A DNA stretch of 64,000 nt, from NCBI GenBank assembly GCA_025603075.1, contig MU626364.1, forward strand, positions 11,108 to 75,107, written 5' to 3'. This document shows, piece by piece, positions 12,642 through 24,340 of the stretch. The notes under the pieces are model-generated. The model saw only the letters and a list, made by a program, of their open reading frames with translations. It was not told the DNA's origin and did not search any database. Source of the DNA: Neoconidiobolus thromboides FSU 785 (Eukaryota > Fungi > Entomophthoromycota). The position numbers and the translations under genes were made by a program. How positions within the stretch are numbered: the stretch's first letter is position 1; every line of letters starts with the position of its first letter.

Positions 12642-14240
12642 ATGCGTAATAAAACAAACCATCCTTCCAAATTACCTAGTGGAAATCAGCGAGTTAATTC
12701 CAATAACAATATTACTAGCGACAATTTAAACCAACTACATCAATCCAGTACTGAAGATAGTCATTCTGTTATCTTAGTTACCGCAGGTTATGACCATACT
12801 ATAAGATTTTGGGAAGCTTTATCCGGTATTTGTTCAAGAACTATTCAACATACGGATTCGGTAAGTTTTTGTTCGATCAATTATAAGACAAAAGAAACAA
12901 AATTCAAAGTTAGAGTTAGGGTTATGATTAATTTATTGATTACTTTATTTAATTAGCAAGTAAATAAACTATGTATTTCTCCAGATAAACGATTTTTAGC
13001 TGCTGGTGGTAAATCAATGATTTATTTAATAATCGAGAATAAAAATCCTAGCCCTTTTTTCAATAGGTCATAATCAAGTACGATTATATGATATCCATTC
13101 ATTGAAACCAGATCCAGTAAGAAAAAAGAATATTAATATAAAAAAAGAATATCAATCTAACCTACATTTAATTGAAGGTAATGATATTTGAAGGTCATAC
13201 GAATAATATAGTTTCTATCGGATTTCATCCCGATAACAGTTGGATGGTTACAGGAAGTGAAGATGGTACATTAAAGATTTGGGATACTAGGTAGCTTTAA
13301 TTTGTTTGGTTTTTAAAAAGAGTAATATATTTAATATCAATTCAAATTTAAAAGAACACCTGTGATTCAACGTAGTTATGATCATAAAGCACCTGTAAAC
13401 GAAGTAGCCATACATCCTAATTCTAATCAATTATTTTCTTGTGATCAAAATGGTAGTATTAAATTATGGAATTTGAGCGATAATTCTTGTACTCATGAAT
13501 TGGTAAAAAAATCAATCTTATTTGAATTTAAATTTTTTCTTGAACTTATCATTCCATCAATAAATAGGTACCAGAAGAAGATACACCAATGAGATCAGTG
13601 ACTGTTAGTGCCGATGGTACTATGTTGGTGGCTGGAAGTACTAAAGTAATTATTTAAGATAGCTTGAATTTTTAATGTATAATTTAATTGAGTGATAAAT
13701 AGGGTAGTTGTTATGTATGGAAAATGAATAGCAGCGGTAATGGAGATTTAGCAGCAAGTACAAAATTTAAAGCACATAATAAATATTTAACTAAATGTGT
13801 GTTGAGTCCAGATTCAAAGTAAGTTAAGTATTCTATGATTTGGATAATGTTAATTTATTTCCTTATAAAGAACATTAGCCACTTGTTCAGCAGATTCAAC
13901 GGTTAAATTGTGGAGTACTAAAAATTGCTCCTTTAAGCATGAAAAAACATTAATTGGTCATTCAAGATGGGTTTGGGATTGTGCTTTTTCAGCCGATTCA
14001 GCTTATGTAGTAACGGGTAAGTTTTGAAGTTTTAGAGTTTTGTAATATTTATTTATTGTTATTGAATTGATTTTTTCAAAATATATCACTAGTTTTAATT
14101 ATTGATTAATTAAATTATCTTTAGCTTCTTCGGATAATACCTCAAGACTTTGGGAGATTGGTACTTCTGATTGTATACGTCAATATAAAGGTCATCATAA
14201 GGCTACTGTTTGTGTGGCTTTAAATGACTTGTCGTTATAA
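12642..14240 (+). CDS. LST8: TOR complex subunit Lst8 (WD40), 9 exons
   Basis: [66 protein letters not shown]; 8 GT-AG introns restore the frame. Confidence 0.95.
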
Positions 14241-15083
14241 ATCGTTGATGTTTTTTATAAGTTGAAACGATTGAATTGGATTTAGCAGTACTTTCTTTTG
14301 TGATTTGTAGATTGAAAAGGGAATACAATTAAGGCATTTATAAATGGAAGGTTTATTCTTTTTATTTATAAATATTAATTTGGATTATAAAATTATAAAG
14401 TTACTTTATATGATAAATTGTTTTATCTTTCATTTTTTTAATGATACCAAAGTAAATTTATATTTGAATTTTAATCTATTAGTTATAGTTTAATAAAATG
14501 AGCATTTTATTGATACAGTTTTTTATTAAATTTTATATTAGTAATGCTTCTGTAATAAGTAATTTTAAATATTATTATTATTATTTAAAAAAAGGTTCTA
14601 AAAGCTATGTTTAATTTTATTTTATATATATATATATAAATTTTTAAACTACATACTTAAGGACAAAAGTGATTCAATAATAATATAGCTCAAGTTGTAT
14701 TATTATCTAAGTTGTTAAATTATAGCTTTTCAAAAAAATGAGCTAAAACTAAGAAAGTATTAAAAAAGACTAATATTTATTATAAATTAATAAACTTTTT
14801 AAAAAAATTAAAGAAAATTATTTTTAGTTTTATTTTCTAATTTTAAATAAAAAAGTACATTTAATAAAAAAACAAAGTTAATAATACTTTTCTAAAATAT
14901 ATTAAATTCTTCATAAAATATTGAAAATTACTACCAATTAAAACTACATTAAATATTATTGATAAAAGCTAAAAGATCTATAAATCATAATAATATAGAA
15001 TAAACAATATAATTGTTAAAAGTTAAAACTAACAATAATGATACAATCTTTAAATGATTTGATAGTTAGTTTTATTTCTAACT

Positions 15084-15188
15084 ATATGGGAGTGTTTTTT
15101 TGACTTCATTACTTTTTCCATTTTTAAGCACTATTTGAGCGGAAAATTTGTTAGTAAAATTCTTGATCACAAAAATACATCCCTATAT
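15084..15188 (-). mobile_element. Fold-back element copy 2
   Basis: Full length, ATAT on both sides. Confidence 0.85.
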
Positions 15189-15301
15189 ATAATAATAGTT
15201 TTAAATTGTTTTGTTTAATTAAATATTTAATGAAACTAATTTAAGTCACTTTTGCTACAGTAATAAATATAAAAATTTAGTATTAAGTTACATATGTAAT
15301 T

Positions 15302-15374
15302 GCCTGGCTAGCTCAATCGGCAGAGCGTGAGACTCTTAATCTCAAGGTTGCGGGTTCGACCCCCGCGTTGGGCT
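15302..15374 (+). tRNA. tRNA-Lys(CTT)
   Basis: Identical to 4733..4805; T5 terminator follows. Confidence 0.97.
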
Positions 15375-16371
15375 TTATCTTTTTAGATAAAACATAATAT
15401 TCTGAGTATTTACTACTCAGTGGTTGAGTCAAAAGCAGTTTTTGCTTGATTGAGTAGCCGTAAGTTGAAAAGTCTTGGTTTCTGTGACTAAGATGGACTT
15501 AAGCTATGAAGAATAGCACGTAATAGGCTACGGACTATGTAAGATAAATAAAATAGATAATACTACTGTAAAATCTATGTAAACTAGTATTAAGAAAAGT
15601 TAGTGGCTTTATTAAAGACACGGTACCAGGGAATAATTCAGTCAAAAAGCTTTGAATTATCATGGTCTAAGATCTCTTTTATACTCCAAAAAGTATGGAT
15701 ATTAAAACGGGGAGATAATGTCTTTTGGAATCGCATGATAGAAATTCTTATAGCAAATCAAAACAAATAGGCTTGGGATTGATTGCATCTAAACTTGAAA
15801 ACACGACTTGAATCATTGTTGTTATAATCAGTCATAGAGCTGACAAGGCCATATTTCACAATTTTAAAATGATTTAAACTTCTACTAAGCATTTATTTTA
15901 AAATCATGTAAATGCTAACTGGATAGATAGTTATTTTTTTATAAAAATAACTAGTTAATAAGCTATGTTTTTGTTTGTTTTAGCTTAATCTAATAATTTT
16001 GATATTTGATATTATATTTCTATTAAATATTTATCTTTATTGGTTTTTTTATTGTCAGTAGTAATTATATAAAAACAGTAGCAATAGATATTTGTTATAA
16101 TAATAATATTCTATAAAAAAATTAAATTATATAAAAGCTTGAGTAATTTAATAGTTTAATAATCAATTACAGTGTAAAAAACATGTTATACAAAATAATT
16201 TAAAACTGAGCAAAAAGCAGTATTTTTGTAGCACTTGGTGTCAATTTCGCAATTAAAATATTTGAGCTGTTTTAACTGAGTTTTATTTGGTCTTTACTGC
16301 ATTTAATGCTGTTATAATTAAAATTAAAATTAAATACAAATTGTTATATCGATCACTAAACAAATTGAATT

Positions 16372-16444
16372 GCCTGGCTAGCTCAATCGGCAGAGCGTGA
16401 GACTCTTAATCTCAAGGTTGCGGGTTCGACCCCCGCGTTGGGCT
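16372..16444 (+). tRNA. tRNA-Lys(CTT)
   Basis: Identical copy; T6 terminator follows. Confidence 0.97.
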
Positions 16445-16520
16445 CTAAATAATTTTTTGTTATAGTAGAGTTTTATAGATAATATTACTTTATGTATGAA
16501 GTAAAAACAAAATTTGTATA

Positions 16521-16593
16521 AGCCCAACGCGGGGGTCGAACCCGCAACCTTGAGATTAAGAGTCTCACGCTCTGCCGATTGAGCTAGCCAGGC
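16521..16593 (-). tRNA. tRNA-Lys(CTT), convergent with 16372..16444
   Basis: Exact reverse complement of the other three copies. Confidence 0.97.
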
Positions 16594-16665
16594 AATTTTT
16601 ATAGCCTTGTGTGTACATGCAATATATTTAAATAAATTACTAACTAGTTAGTTTTCAAAATAAAA

Positions 16666-16759
16666 ATATGGGGATGTATTTTTAGAATTTTAATGTTCTT
16701 TCTGTTTAAATAGCGTTTAAATGGAAAAAGTGATGAAGCCAAAAAAAGCATCCTTACAT
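16666..16759 (+). mobile_element. Fold-back element copy 3
   Basis: Small internal deletion; both termini recognisable. Confidence 0.8.
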
Positions 16760-17295
16760 GTTTAAAATTCAAAATAGTTATACTTTTAAGAAGGTTAGGG
16801 TCAGCGATTGTATTTAAATTTAATCAGTAATTTGATAAAAGCTAATACTTTATTGAAAAAACTACTACCTACCCAGTCAATAATCCCTTACCAATAATGA
16901 GTTGGGACTCATTAGTGGGTTTGAAGCTTACTTGCCAGAATCAATTAGAAACAAGCCTTCAGCTTGGTTGAAGAATGCTTTAAAAACGTCATTACTACAC
17001 CTAATCCTAATGGTAATTCTCAACAAAAATTAATACTGAGATTGAAAACTTAGTGAAAAAATATGTTATTTTTTTATTTTTTTCCTTATTTGGCATATAA
17101 TATCTAATTCTAACCTAATTAAATTAATAATCAAAGGAGCATGACTGTTTTTAATTGGATTCAAACAAGGCTAACAAATAAGACACATAAGTTTTAGGGA
17201 TAGAAAAGCTTTGGAAAAAAGCGAAAAGCATAACTAAACATCAATATATAAATAAACAGTTGTATTTTTTATTGAGTCGATAATACTTTTTTAAA

Positions 17296-17980
17296 ATGTT
17301 AAAGACAACCAAACAGACACCATTATTGCCCCCAATCAACTTTAAAAAATGGGTAGAAGAGAACCAACATATGTTACAACCACCGGTTAATAATTATTGT
17401 ATCCAACGTGGTGACTTTATTGTCATGGTTGTTGGTGGTCCAAATGCAAGAACGGATTATCATGTTAACGAAACTGAAGTAAATTTTGTTCTGTTGATCT
17501 AATAAATTGTATATTAAATTTGAAAATCAGGAATGGTTTTATCAATACAAAGGTAGGATGTTATTAAAAATAGTCGACAATGGCGAGTTTAGAGATATAA
17601 TTATTGATGAGGGTGACTTCTTTTTATTACCTGGTAAGTTAGTTGTTTTAATTTAATGTCCAATTGTTAATTTTTATAGCTAATGTGCCACATAACCCAT
17701 GCAGATTTGAAAATACTATTGGAGTAGTAATTGAGCGTAACCGTCGAGAAGATGAAACTGGTAATCTTAGATATAAATTCAATTCGGATAATTTTTAACA
17801 GTTTTAGACCGATTGAGATGGTATTGCGAGAATTGTAAGGAGATTGTTTACGAAGAGTCTTTCCATTGTTTTGACCTTGGTACTCAGTTAAAGCCCATCA
17901 TTGAAAAGTATGCCAATACCGAAGAATTGAGAAAATGCAGCGGATGTGGACATTCTAATTCAGCCAAAGTTCCTAAATAA
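17296..17980 (+). CDS. BNA1: 3-hydroxyanthranilate 3,4-dioxygenase, 4 exons
   Basis: [34 protein letters not shown], and rubredoxin-like CENC...CSGC pairs. Confidence 0.95.
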
Positions 17981-18443
17981 ATTAATAGTGGGTTTGTGTT
18001 AATTAAATCGAGTTTGTTATACTAATGTAATTTGTATAAATCTGTTTTTGGAAACATTATTATAAATTTGGCGAATAATATAAAGTTAATTTTTCGAAAA
18101 CATCTAAAAAAATTATATCAACAATTTTGTTATAAAATTCTCCCTTCTTAAAAAATAGACATCATATAAAAAATAAAAATGGCTTATTTTATTATTCTAA
18201 CATTCTGATATAAAATAGCAAACTAATAATTTTCCTGTTAAAATTCCTTAAAATAGAAAAGGAGAAACAGTTATTAACCTTGACTCAAAAAACAAAGCAA
18301 AATCCCATAGCAACTTGACTTTCAACAATAATCCAAGTTGATAATTTTTGCAGTGTTTAATCTAATCGAAATTAGATAATCTAACAATTTTAGTTGACAA
18401 AAACGATAATAGCAAGTCTCAAAATTTTTAGAACAATTAAAAG

Positions 18444-18822
18444 ATGAGTGAAGTACCAGGTAAGGATGTAGATTGAACAACTAAAAAGCAATAAAACTTA
18501 CTAAAAATATGAAAAGAAATGAAAGTGACACAAAAAGAGTTAAAGGACGCTCGTATTCCTTTGATGTGGCGTGATTATTGTTCCCATCTTTTGATCCCTC
18601 TCAATAAATGTCGTTACGATAACTATTATCTTACTTGGCGTTGTCAAGATGAAAAGCATGCCTACGAAAAGTGCCAATATGATGAGTAAGTTCTTATTTT
18701 GTATTTGAGTTGAGGATTTTATAGTTTTTTTATTTAGTCTCCAACGTCGTATAAGAGTTAAAAACGAAAGAAAGAGGGTAGCCGAAAAGGAAGCAATTGA
18801 AAAGGCTCAAAATCCGGAATAA
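18444..18822 (+). CDS. NDUFB7: Complex I subunit NDUFB7 (B18); exons 18444-18459, 18517-18685, 18738-18822
   Basis: Spliced: MSEVPEMKVTQKELKDARIPLMWRDYCSHLLIPLNKCRYDNYYLTWRCQDEKHAYEKCQYDD, with the twin CX9C pattern. Confidence 0.92.
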
Positions 18823-19387
18823 TAGTAAAGATTAAAGTTGGATATTAAGGTTTTTAGTTTTTTGGTAATTTGTTTTTTATTGTTTTATTTTGTTTATGAG
18901 TTGAGTGTTATCCTTTGTTGTAATATGCAGTTATTATATAAAAAAGAATTTCATGAGAAAATAGAATAAATCAACTACCAATATGTTGAGTTTTACCCTC
19001 ATTTTGGATTATACTACATGCATTTAATGGCTGAGTGAGTTTCTATGGTAGTTAGTAAGAGATTAGTAACATGATTTGGCTAAATATCAGAATTCAATGT
19101 ATTATCTAATCTTATAAAATCAATAACATTTGATAGCTTTCGTTAGATATTTTGATTAATTATGAACATGCTTTCATTATGTGGCTTGAAGCCTTATTTA
19201 TTTTATTAAATTATGGTATAGGTTTATTATCTTTAAATAAACATTTAACTTATTCAATAAAGTCAAAAAATATAAAAATACAAAACATTTAACAATAATT
19301 CATAATACAAAAACCGATAGTTTAATTTAACGCAAAAGTTTAGTAAAAAAATCTATTTAATAAATCCTCGATAACAACATTATATTA

Positions 19388-20974
19388 TTATAGCTTAACA
19401 ACTCTAGAATTTTCACTTTCTTCACTTTGTTGCCCTTGTTTTCTTAAAACTTTATCTCTATAGCGTTGATTTCTAACTTCTACAGATGAAGCTCTATTTC
19501 TTTGTAACAAATGGATATAATTTCTAGTTGAACTTCTCTGTCCAGCACCGATAACGATAGGTGTTAAGCTAGGATCCACTTTTGCAAAACTTTCTAATCC
19601 TTCAGGTGCAAGTTTTTCCAGCTCTTTTATAACATTTGAAAAATGGTAAGCTTTAGTTACGCATTCATACCATTTGGTATAAATGGTTCGATACGAACGA
19701 GCCATAGCACTGATTTCATTTTTGGTATCAAGTTGCCACTTTATCTCTGTTTCATAATCACAATCAAAAAATAACAATGGATAAGGCGCTGATAATTCAT
19801 AAACTGGCTTTTGATTCAACTTTTCAGCATTTAAAAACTCTGTAATTACTTCTGGTTTTTCTAAACCTTGACCAATTAAAAACAAGATCGACATGATACA
19901 ACGTATTTGGTTCCACAAAAATCCAGATCCTTTAATATACAACTCATAACAAAATGGGCTGCTCATTTCCTTATTATTTTCTGGAAACCAGAGATCTGCT
20001 TTTTGAATTTTGGCTTCAAAAATATCTCTGATAAACACTGATATTTGCTTGCTACCATCCTGCCTACAAAAGTTCCTGAAATCATGAGTTCCAACTAAAT
20101 ATGTACATGCTTTGCGCATAAGATCAATATTTAAGTTTGTTCCAGAAGTAGTAAAAAAATACTTATAACTTCTCGATCGGCAATCGAATCTGGCATTGAA
20201 GTCTTCTTTAACTGGCGCCCAAGCTAATACTCGAATATCTTCTGGCAAAGACTTATTGATCATATCGGTGTAAGGTAACTCCCCTTCGACTTCAAATGGA
20301 TCTTTTTCTAGCGTTTCTTTTGAAACTCCAGATCGAAGTTTAATTGATATGACTTGTTTTAATCCACTTACTCCTTTATCTGTTCTACCACATCTAGAAA
20401 AATTACAATCTTTGGGATCTAGTATCAGTTTACAACTTAATAGCGCTTTATAGATATAATCCTCCACTGTTGCAACAATCTTTTGTTTTGGATTATCTGG
20501 GTTATCTATTTTGAGTCCCTCTTTATCATTAATCTTCTCTAATGGTAAAGCAGTTGAAGCATCACCTTGGGAAGCTAAACCCATATAGTTCCAGCCAATA
20601 TAAGCAACTTTTAAAGCAACTTGTCGTTGTGCATATTTGCTCATATCAAACGGTTTCTTCTCTTTGTTTTTATCCTTCTTTTTGTTCTTTTTTTCTTCAC
20701 CATCTAGTTTTCTTTTTTTGGCTTCGGTTAAGTTAACTTGGCTTGTTTCTAGGTTGATATCCTTTGATTGAAGATCTAAAACTAATTGAATTAAATCTTC
20801 TTTAGATAATTTGATCAACTCTCCTCTATCTTGGCGACCTATACTACTCATTCTTGAATTGATTAGTCTTAAAATGGGGTTCTGTTTAATTAATGTATGA
20901 TGTTGGAAATAGCTTGGATGATGAGATATTGAAGAAGATACTTTTGAAAAATGTTTTAAACAAGTATTAAGCAT
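19388..20974 (-). CDS. DEG1: tRNA pseudouridine 38/39 synthase (TruA family)
   Basis: ALKVAYIGWNYMGLASQ, FSRCGRTDKGVS (catalytic Asp), FNARFDCRSRSYKY, GTHDFRNFC, GFLWNQIR. Confidence 0.93.
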   Translation of the reverse strand: MLNTCLKHFSKVSSSISHHPSYFQHHTLIKQNPILRLINSRMSSIGRQDRGELIKLSKEDLIQLVLDLQSKDINLETSQVNLTEAKKRKLDGEEKKNKKKDKNKEKKPFDMSKYAQRQVALKVAYIGWNYMGLASQGDASTALPLEKINDKEGLKIDNPDNPKQKIVATVEDYIYKALLSCKLILDPKDCNFSRCGRTDKGVSGLKQVISIKLRSGVSKETLEKDPFEVEGELPYTDMINKSLPEDIRVLAWAPVKEDFNARFDCRSRSYKYFFTTSGTNLNIDLMRKACTYLVGTHDFRNFCRQDGSKQISVFIRDIFEAKIQKADLWFPENNKEMSSPFCYELYIKGSGFLWNQIRCIMSILFLIGQGLEKPEVITEFLNAEKLNQKPVYELSAPYPLLFFDCDYETEIKWQLDTKNEISAMARSYRTIYTKWYECVTKAYHFSNVIKELEKLAPEGLESFAKVDPSLTPIVIGAGQRSSTRNYIHLLQRNRASSVEVRNQRYRDKVLRKQGQQSEESENSRVVKL

Positions 20975-21288
20975 TAATTAAATCAGATGATTTTGCTTAA
21001 TAAAAAAATAAAATTTAAAAAAATGAATTTTAGTCGAACTTTAAAATTAACAAAAATAAAGTTACTATTAAATGTAACTAAGTTTATTATTTAAGTATTT
21101 TTGATTAACAGGAATGGTTAATACCTTTAAATATAGCACTCTGGTTTTATTGCAGCTATTTTATATTCATCATTATCTACTAACATCGTCCCTGGCTATT
21201 TTTACTAATAATTGCTAATTTTATTCCCATAAAATGATCCAACCCTACTTTTTTAGATTTGTCACATCTAATCTAATCATTTTTAATA

Positions 21289-21932
21289 ATGCAATCTATT
21301 CGCCAAACACAACGTTTAAGCACCAGCTTACGCTCAATTGCTCAATATCGATTTTACAGTGACAAAGCTATCAAGCCAAATGAAGAATTAATTACCACTC
21401 GTCCAACAAGTGAAGTAGTACCAGCTGATATTGTATCTGGAGCACCAGGTATGACATTGAAACAATTTTAAATGAAGATTAATTTTATTTAGAGGAATTG
21501 AAGACACGTACTGTTCGTATCTTTCAACCCACAAGAAATGTAATGCAATCAGGAATCAATGCTACTAGAAAATGGTTAATTGATTTTGATATCCTTGAAG
21601 GAAGTGGGCGTTGGGAAAATACTTTAATGGGATGGGCTTCAAGGTTAGTACAAACTTAATGTTTTTTAAAATTGTAATTTAATTTATTTAGTGCTGATGC
21701 CGTACAAGCTTTAAAGATTAAATTTGGAACTAAAGAACAAGCTATCATGTTTGCCGAAAAACAAGGTAAAAACAAAATGTTAAAGTTGACAGAATTTGTG
21801 TAACACTTAAAATTTAATTTAGGATGGAACTATACAGTCCAAGAGCCTAAACAAAAATCTTTCCGTAAAAAGCTTTATGCTGATAACTTTACCTATTCTG
21901 CAGATAAGTTACGCATGTATAAAACTAAATAA
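21289..21932 (+). CDS. NDUFS4: Complex I subunit NDUFS4, 4 exons
   Basis: Mitochondrial presequence, then [51 protein letters not shown]. Confidence 0.93.
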
Positions 21933-22436
21933 GCAACTTTATTAGATTAAATATTAGTTTTTAAATGTTATTTGAGATATAAATAATTCATGTTAGCGCA
22001 TAAATTTCATGCCTTTTATATTTTAGTTGTGTTTTGATTTTAAGTTCTTAATTAGCACCACAAATATAAATATATGGGAGAAACATGTGGTTTATATAAA
22101 ATGATGATTAAAGAATGATTCAATATGCTTACTTTAGCCTTAGAGATTTAATAGTCATTGATACAATATAAAAGTTTAATTATTGACTTTGAAACTAAAT
22201 AATAAAATCATATTAGTAAGTCATTAATTATTTTAGTTCTCATTATCGTTTCTTAGTGGTGGTATCGGAGTACTGATACAATGCCGTAAGTTTTTTTTTG
22301 GTAAATAATGATTTTTACAATACAAAATAAAAATTGATAGTAAGGTTTTAAACTTAAATTTAAATTCAAAATGTTAAATTACTTTATTTATATATCAATT
22401 GAATTATTAGTAAAGTCAGATTAGAGTAGGGCGAAA

Positions 22437-22538
22437 GTGTGGAGATGTATTTTTGTACTTGGCAATTCTACCAACAATTTTTCCACTCAAATTAACACTT
22501 AAAAATGGAAAAAGTGATAAAACCAAAAAAAATCCATA
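22437..22538 (+). mobile_element. Fold-back element copy 4 (diverged)
   Basis: GGAGATGTATTTTT...TTTTTCCACTCAAA...TGGAAAAAGTGATAAAACC. Confidence 0.75.
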
Positions 22539-23253
22539 GTTTAATATCTTGACTTTTAATCTATTTAGCATTTTAACAATCCATTTTTACTATTTAAAAG
22601 GGAGGTTTCTTACTAAGATATGAAAATATATCATTGTTCACATATTATAACCCCGATCAGTACTCTGCTACTGCTTTTTTTAGCTTATAGTGTCAATGTC
22701 TAACAAAAGCTATTAGTTATTAATTACAGACTTTTGCCCAGTTGGAATATATGTATTTATAGTATTGGACATAAAATGTAACTATTAACATTATTACCGA
22801 AGATAATAAAAATATAATTCCCAAAATTGAATAGTACTATAGAATCCTTATAGAGGAAGTGTTTTCTAGCTTTGATAGATTTTTCTAGTTATTCAGTCTT
22901 TCTATAAAGTGATTTATTTTTCTCGTAAATTTATCATTTAAAATTAGTACAAATAAACGGTTAGAGCTACAAAAGGGATATTTATCACTTTTATTATTCA
23001 AGTTTAAGATAAATAAATAGCATTTGTTGAGGAAGCAGTAAACAGGAGTAACTGGTAAACTTACAAAGTATTATTAATAATCCGAGTATCCTACAATCAT
23101 TCACACTTTATCTCTTATCCAAAAAAGTACTAATCAGTTACATAAAAACTTTAACCATTCTATTTTTATTTATCTAACTAAAGATCAGGTAAATATGAAT
23201 TTAGCTTTTTAATTTTTGTACAATTCAACTAGCTATTTGCTTTTAAGGTTAAT

Positions 23254-23358
23254 ATCTGGAAGTGTTCTTTTGACTTTGTTATTTTTTCCATTTTTTAAGC
23301 GCATTTAAACAGAAAATTTGTTAGTAAAATTCTTGAACACAAAAATACATCCTCATCT
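23254..23358 (-). mobile_element. Fold-back element copy 5
   Basis: Full length, flanked by direct ATCT/ATCT. Confidence 0.82.
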
Positions 23359-24340
23359 ATTAAATATAAGTCAAACATTTCCCTTCCCTCCACCTTAAAT
23401 ACACCCTCCTCTCAAATGAGGTCAATCGGGTAAATTAATAAGGGATATGAAGTCTTATTGTGAATATCTAATGTGTTACTATGAAGGTCACTTACTCCTC
23501 GATTCTTCACTCTTCTAAACACAACAACATTTGCTTTTTAATTGAATAAAGCTCAAAACCTATTGGTCTGTGGGCTTTAAAAAAATTAAAATTAAAACTG
23601 ATAAAATATTTTGTATTATACTTTTACATCCTAATTAGAAACTAAATATCAGTTTATATTATTCTACATATAATATATATCAGAGCTTATAATGTTTTTG
23701 TTTTGAGGAAATTTTAAATAAATTATCTTTGGTCAAATTACTTTTATTTATTAAGTTTATTTATTAATAATAAAAATTGAAAAGAAATAAAAAATTCAAT
23801 GCTGTTATATTTAGATATCAATATCAGTCATTTAAATTTAAAAGTATTATAAATCATGAAATAAAGTTTTAATTATATGCCAATACCTCACAATATTAAC
23901 TGAAAGCTTTAATATCAAACGATTTTTTTGTATAGTTAAAAGATGACAGATTTAATTTAACAAGAATATTACTAAATTAAATCATTAAACATCACGCAAT
24001 AAAATTAGACCTGGGTAATTAAGTTTAAGACTCAAATTATTTTATTCAAATATCAAAATTAGCTAAACGCGGATAAAAGATTTCCGATTTAAATAGTGAA
24101 TTTATTACTTTGCATTACTAAAAAAGCGGTCAAGTTTATCCAAAATTCACTTATTTGATCCTTTTAGAAAATACTTGCTCTTTTTGAACTTATTTTTAGT
24201 TACCAAATTAGTACAATATTTGAATTTAATTTTACATTAAAAAACTTTATTTAGATAAATTTGAAAACTATGAAACTATAGAAAGTCTAAGGCTTTGAAC
24301 AAAAGGAATAATAATAATAATGACAAGATATAATCGCAGT

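Noticed and set aside
24070-24086. Gal4-like CGG-N11-CCG
   Set aside because: It lies 3' of both neighbouring genes and lacks extended palindromic arms; likely chance.
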